A stretch of DNA of 59,102 nt from Kiritimatiellia bacterium (GTDB lineage: Bacteria > Verrucomicrobiota > Kiritimatiellia > RFP12 > UBA1067), in assembly GCA_018399555.1 (NCBI GenBank), contig JAGYOL010000002.1, forward strand, positions 1-59,102, read 5' to 3'. Below, in pieces: positions 54,719-59,102 of this stretch; the stretch's first letter is position 1; the number at the start of each line of letters is the position of its first letter. Below the pieces are notes generated by a model that was not told the origin of the DNA, made no database searches, and was given only the letters and a program-made list of their open reading frames with translations. The position numbers were made by a program, and so were the translations under genes.

Positions 54719-54731
54719 GTTTAAACTTTTG

Positions 54732-55592
54732 TCAGGGGCGTATCATCAATCCCAGATAAGCGTCAATGATCTGAGTGCCCCAGAACATCCAGATCATTGC
54801 TCCGGCGCAGAGATACGGGCCGAAAGGTATGCGGCTCTGCATTTTCACCCCGCCGAAGATAATCAGCAACACCCCGGCCACGCTGCCGAGCAGAGACGAT
54901 GCGAACACCGTGAAAAGCACCGCCTGCCAGCCGAAGAAGGCACCGATTGCCCCCATCAGTTTTACATCACCGAAGCCCATGGCCTCTTTTTTAAAAATAC
55001 GTGTGCCGAGCTCCGCTATCAGAAAGAGCAGCCCGAAACCGCATAGCAAACCGATTGAGCTGTGCAGCAATCCCTGCCACCAGACACTCTGGCCGTGCAT
55101 TTGTGGCACCAGAGTGCTGAGCAACGGTCCGGCGATCATGCCGCCGACAGTCACCGAATCAGGAATGATGAAGTGTTCAAAATCAACAAAAGTTCCCAGA
55201 ATGAATCCTCCTGTCACCAACCAGTAAACCGGAACAATCGCGACGTGTGGCATTGGTTGCATGTGCAGTTGCGCAGGTGCGGCCCATTTCATGAAAACCG
55301 CCAGAAAAAGCATGGCCGTCAACAGTTCCACCAGGGTGTAACGGAAAGAGATTGGCTTATGACATCCGGCGCATCTGCCGCGCAGTGCCAGCCAGCTTGC
55401 CACAGGTATGTTCTGATACCAGGGGATCATCATTCCGCAGCAGGGACAGTGCGAACGTGGTCTGACCACCGATTCATCTCGGGGAATCCGATAGATGCAG
55501 ACATTCAGAAAGCTGCCGACGCATGCGCCGAAAAAGGTGGCGAAGAGCGCCAGAACCATTCTGAAAAAGTGTAGTTCCGCTTCAGTTGTCAT
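54732..55592 (-). CDS. pilD: Prepilin peptidase / N-methyltransferase (A24 family)
   Basis: GSFLNVCIYRIP, CPCCGMMIPWYQNIP...GRCAGCHKPIS, FGDVKLMGAIGAFFGW. ATG 55592 is preferred over the GTG at 55688, which would overlap the upstream sulfatase gene. Confidence 0.9.
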   Translation of the reverse strand: MTTEAELHFFRMVLALFATFFGACVGSFLNVCIYRIPRDESVVRPRSHCPCCGMMIPWYQNIPVASWLALRGRCAGCHKPISFRYTLVELLTAMLFLAVFMKWAAPAQLHMQPMPHVAIVPVYWLVTGGFILGTFVDFEHFIIPDSVTVGGMIAGPLLSTLVPQMHGQSVWWQGLLHSSIGLLCGFGLLFLIAELGTRIFKKEAMGFGDVKLMGAIGAFFGWQAVLFTVFASSLLGSVAGVLLIIFGGVKMQSRIPFGPYLCAGAMIWMFWGTQIIDAYLGLMIRP

Positions 55593-55644
55593 AGCAATCC
55601 AGTATAGAGAGAGTTGTCCGTGCCACCAGGGGTGCGAGAGCGTG

Positions 55645-57234
55645 CTAGCGGTGCTGAGCACCGCGTTTGGCGTCAGCAAAGAGTTCACTGTTTTTAGCGT
55701 TCCATTTTGCAGCCATATCTTTTACCCGCTCGGGATATTTCCCCGCCAGGTTTTCGCATTCACTGCGGTCTTCCGCCAGATTGTAGAGTTCCCACTCGTT
55801 ATTGCCGTGTGTTTTAGCGGAAACCAGCTTCCAGTCACCCATGCGGATGGCACGGTTGCCCTCGTGTGAAAAATAGATGGGTTCACGTTCATCCATCTGC
55901 TTCGCCTTAGCGAATGAAGGCACAATGCTGCGCCCGGGCAGAGGCGGAGCTTCGCCGATCGTTTGGGCTTTGACTCCGGCGATATCAAGCAGTGTCGGCA
56001 CAATGTCGACCACATGAAAAAGATCATCACGCAGCGCATTTTTCTCTCTGATACCGTTGGGCCAATGCACGATCAGCGGTGTGCAGCAGCCACCCTCATG
56101 CACCCAGGTCTTATGCTTTTTGAAAGGGGTGTTGCTGGCATTCGACCATCCCGGTCCCAGACAGAGATAGGACTCCGCCGAACCGGGTGTCGCATCCGGG
56201 TTGTGTCCGTCGCCGCGTACCATGATTTCAGCGCTGCACCCGTTGTCCGAAAGGAAAATGATGATGGTGTCGTCAAAAGCGTTCATTGATTTGATCTGTT
56301 TGATGACCCTGCCGATCTGTTCGTCCATCTGTGCGACCATGGCGGCATGCAGTTCCATTTTGGTTGCCTGAAAACACTTTTGATCTTCGGTCAGCGTATT
56401 CCAGAGCACCGGACGGTTAACCTCGTTCGGACCGAGAACTTTAAATGCGTCGGGGAAGTGATAGGGGGGGCCTACTTCGGGTTCCACCGCTGACAGTCTG
56501 CAGTTGAATAGTTTCAGATCTCTGATGCGCTTGATCCGCTCAGCGCGTATCTGATTCCATCCGGCATCGTAACGTCCTCTGTAGGGCGCTATGCTGGCCT
56601 GTGGAACCTGCAGCGGAAAATGCGGAACTGTGAAGGCCAGATATGAGAAGAAGGGCTTGCCGGCATGATTTTTACTGTGCTCCTGCAGACATCTGATCGC
56701 GTGGTCGGCGAAGGCGGTGGAAACATAGTACTCTTCGTCTTTGTTGATCGGAGGTAATGGCTGATCATTGGCCTCGTGGTTTCCGGGGTAGAAATTATGA
56801 TCGTGATCGTGGAGCACGTAGGTTTCGTCAAAACCCCCGCCCGCCTGCGGTAGAACACCGGTCACATGCCACTTGCCCGAGATGTAACACCGGTATTCGT
56901 TTGCCTTCAAGCGTTGCGGCAGGCAGACGCCCCAATCCGGTATGCCGGGTTTCTTGCGCGGGTCGATGTTGATCTGCTGCGGATAGTAGCCGGTCATCAG
57001 AGCGGAGCGGGTCGGCCAGCAGCGGGCTGTGTTGTAGGCCTGAGTGTAGCGCAGCCCGTTGTAGGCCAGGTTGTCGAGGTGCGGTGTTTGGATTTCACCG
57101 CCGTAACATCCCAGATCGGAGTAGCCCAGATCATCCGCCATGATCAGGAGCATATTGGTTTTCCCGACTGCGGCAGAGCTGCCGGTCAGAACTATGCCGG
57201 TCAGAATTGCGATAATCCGGTGTGTTTTTTTCAT
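55645..57234 (-). CDS. Arylsulfatase (Cys-type)
   Basis: Signal peptide, MLLIMADDLGYSD, CWPTRSALMTG, GKWH. Confidence 0.92.
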   Translation of the reverse strand: MKKTHRIIAILTGIVLTGSSAAVGKTNMLLIMADDLGYSDLGCYGGEIQTPHLDNLAYNGLRYTQAYNTARCWPTRSALMTGYYPQQINIDPRKKPGIPDWGVCLPQRLKANEYRCYISGKWHVTGVLPQAGGGFDETYVLHDHDHNFYPGNHEANDQPLPPINKDEEYYVSTAFADHAIRCLQEHSKNHAGKPFFSYLAFTVPHFPLQVPQASIAPYRGRYDAGWNQIRAERIKRIRDLKLFNCRLSAVEPEVGPPYHFPDAFKVLGPNEVNRPVLWNTLTEDQKCFQATKMELHAAMVAQMDEQIGRVIKQIKSMNAFDDTIIIFLSDNGCSAEIMVRGDGHNPDATPGSAESYLCLGPGWSNASNTPFKKHKTWVHEGGCCTPLIVHWPNGIREKNALRDDLFHVVDIVPTLLDIAGVKAQTIGEAPPLPGRSIVPSFAKAKQMDEREPIYFSHEGNRAIRMGDWKLVSAKTHGNNEWELYNLAEDRSECENLAGKYPERVKDMAAKWNAKNSELFADAKRGAQHR

Positions 57235-58415
57235 TTCTTTATTCCTTTCACGAAAAAATTCATTTTTTCAACCGCCTTTTTCAGCTGATCCATTCCGGTA
57301 GCGTATGAACAGCGCAGAAAGCCCTCGCCGCAGGCACCGAAGGCGCTGCCGGGCACACAGGCCACATTCTGCTCTTCAAGCAGCCGCATCGCGAATTCAT
57401 GCGAGCTGAGTCCGCTTGAAGTGATGCAGGGAAAAACATAGAAGGCTCCGCGGGGCATAAAGCAGTCCAATCCTATCTCATTGAGCGAAGCGACAATGTA
57501 GTTGCGTCGCAGTTTATACGACTCACGCATTTTCACCACCTCGGAGGCACCGTTGCGTAGAGCTTCAAGGCCAGCCACCTGACTGATGGATGAAGCGCAC
57601 ATCATGCAGAACTGATGGATCTTCATCATGGCGTCGGTCAGCGGGACGGGGGCGCAGACATAACCCAGCCGGAAGCCGGTCATGGACCAGGCTTTCGAAA
57701 ATCCGTTGAGCAGAACAAGCCGCTCTCTGATGCGCGGGATGGATGCGAAAGATATTCGTTCGTCATTGTAAGTCAGTTCAATGTAAACTTCGTCCACAAT
57801 CAGAATGATATCATGACGTATCGCGAAATCAGCTAAAGCCTCCACATCCTCCGCGCGTAACACCGCGCCGGTCGGATTGTTGGGGAAATTAAGTAGCAGC
57901 GCACGGGTTTTCGATGTGACTTTCTTCTCCAGTTCCTCTACTGTCAGGCGGAATTCATCCTTGCGGAAGGTCTCGACCGCAACCGGAACACCGTGCGTCA
58001 TGCTGATCAGCGGTGCATAGGCGACAAATGCCGGCTCATGATAGAGCACCTCATCGCCCGGGCGTACAATCGCCCGCAGTGCCACATCCAGCGCTTCACT
58101 CACGCCGACGGTCAGCATAATTTCGTTTTCAGGGTTGTAATCGCCGCCATAGGATTTTTTGACATAAGCGGCTATTTCACGGCGCAACTCCAGCATTCCC
58201 AGATTAGAGGTGTAGCGGGTGTGACCATCTTCAATCGATTCCACCGTTTTGGCTCTGATATGCCAAGGTGTTTTGAAGTCCGGTTCACCGATACCCAGCG
58301 AGATGACATCTTTGCGTCCCGCAACGATGTCGAAAAAATCACGGATGCCTGATTTTGGCAGTCCCGCTACATGTGGAGCCACAAAACTATGGGCTGACCT
58401 GGAGTCGTTCGTCAT
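57231..58415 (-). CDS. Class I/II pyridoxal-phosphate aminotransferase (aspartate aminotransferase-like)
   Basis: SGIRDFFD, GEPDF, NPTG, NGFSKAWSMTGFRLGY (PLP lysine). The track start at 58439 is GTG. ATG 58415 still overlaps the Lrp gene by 29 nt, and GTG 58382 is another option. Confidence 0.88.
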   Translation of the reverse strand: MTNDSRSAHSFVAPHVAGLPKSGIRDFFDIVAGRKDVISLGIGEPDFKTPWHIRAKTVESIEDGHTRYTSNLGMLELRREIAAYVKKSYGGDYNPENEIMLTVGVSEALDVALRAIVRPGDEVLYHEPAFVAYAPLISMTHGVPVAVETFRKDEFRLTVEELEKKVTSKTRALLLNFPNNPTGAVLRAEDVEALADFAIRHDIILIVDEVYIELTYNDERISFASIPRIRERLVLLNGFSKAWSMTGFRLGYVCAPVPLTDAMMKIHQFCMMCASSISQVAGLEALRNGASEVVKMRESYKLRRNYIVASLNEIGLDCFMPRGAFYVFPCITSSGLSSHEFAMRLLEEQNVACVPGSAFGACGEGFLRCSYATGMDQLKKAVEKMNFFVKGIKK

Positions 58416-58866
58416 CGTTGTCACTTTCCATGAGGACACCCTGGTCCTTGTAGGTTTTCAGCATAAAATGAGTTGCGGTTGAAAGCACCCCGTCGATGGT
58501 TGCAAGTCGTCGGCTGACAAATCCGGCAACAGCCTGCAGTGAGCTGCCGCTTACAAAGAGCAGCAGGTCGTATCCCCCTGACATGAGGAAGAGGGATTCC
58601 ACCTCTTCAAACTGGGTGATACGCGAGGCGATGCTGTCGAAACCGCAATCTTTACGTGGTTGAATGCGTAGCTCAATCGCGGCCCTGACATTGTCGGTTT
58701 CGAGTTTATCTTCATTGATAATTGCTTTGAAGGCGCGGATCACCCCTTCGTCCTGATAGTTCTTTATGCGATTTTCGACATCAGAGACCGTGGTTCCCAG
58801 CTCTTTGGCCAGAGTGTCCGATGATTCGCGGGCGTTTTTCTGTAGTAGATCGAGTAGCGTGTCCAT
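58387..58866 (-). CDS. Lrp/AsnC-family transcriptional regulator
   Basis: N-terminal HTH (LLQKNARESSDTLAKELGTTVSDVENRIK) and a C-terminal RAM/AsnC_trans_reg domain. Confidence 0.9.
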   Translation of the reverse strand: MDTLLDLLQKNARESSDTLAKELGTTVSDVENRIKNYQDEGVIRAFKAIINEDKLETDNVRAAIELRIQPRKDCGFDSIASRITQFEEVESLFLMSGGYDLLLFVSGSSLQAVAGFVSRRLATIDGVLSTATHFMLKTYKDQGVLMESDNDDERLQVSP

Positions 58867-59102
58867 ACTCCGGTACCTTTCATTTAATGACTTTTCATTT
58901 TACCTAAGCAGGCGGCAGGAAGCAACTCTGCATTTTTTCCATGTTGGGCGATGAGCAAAAGTGGAATGTGCAATGATGTGCTACTATCTTTATGTACGTT
59001 TTTTCAATAACAGTTCTCATAACCTCTTTTAAATCATGATGTGGCGACCAACAAAATTAAGGAAAAATCATGCCATTTGAGGAGATTACCCAGCCGCAAA
59101 AG

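Noticed and set aside
59069-59102. ATG preceded by AAGGAAAAA opens a plus-strand frame (MPFEEITQPQK) that runs off the window, divergent from the Lrp gene
   Set aside because: Only 11 codons are visible, which is too little to call a gene or a product.
1-59102. Scan for CRISPR arrays, rRNA, tRNA, prophage or integrase genes, and known defence-system signatures
   Set aside because: I could see no regularly spaced direct-repeat arrays, no rRNA/tRNA-like conserved blocks, and no integrase, recombinase, restriction, Cas or abortive-infection motifs. The only mobile-element traces are the transposase fragment at 1..345 and the TA remnant at 28128..28399.

Overview
This 59.1-kb window is densely coding bacterial chromosome with no rRNA, tRNA or CRISPR that I could recognise. 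All homology calls below come from reading motifs by eye; no database search was run.

Three Cys-type sulfatases (CxPxR), planctomycete-cytochrome-like CXXCH proteins, FadL-like outer-membrane proteins and an IS200/RayT-like transposase fragment suggest a sulfatase-rich PVC-superphylum genome (Kiritimatiellota, Lentisphaerota or Verrucomicrobiota-like). That placement is inference only.

Two thirds of the window is recognisable housekeeping:
- grpE-dnaJ-rsmE
- pckG behind an MFS transporter and an ArsR-like regulator
- a long plus-strand operon: CBS-pyrophosphatase, ftsH, folP, cdaA, cdaR, ftsK, rodZ-like
- nrdR, rluD, pilD, and an Lrp/aminotransferase pair

The most unusual part is 1.7-17.1 kb. 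An ECF sigma factor, an anti-sigma factor, a lipoprotein and a membrane-anchored periplasmic caspase-like (C14) protein are translationally coupled. They are transcribed divergently from a FadL-like outer-membrane barrel, a TPR-like protein and a 2312-aa secreted beta-helix protein. That giant protein carries two tandem legumain-like (C13) modules, one with an intact His/Cys dyad and one degenerate. I flag this as a candidate undescribed envelope proteolysis or signalling system.

Other points worth a second look:
- two paralogous ~1000-aa propeller proteins with two CXXCH motifs each, one fused to an FGE/SUMF1-like domain that lacks the catalytic Cys pair
- a decayed toxin-antitoxin remnant
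- a GH97-like protein apparently missing its catalytic barrel
- several small repeat or operator-like elements
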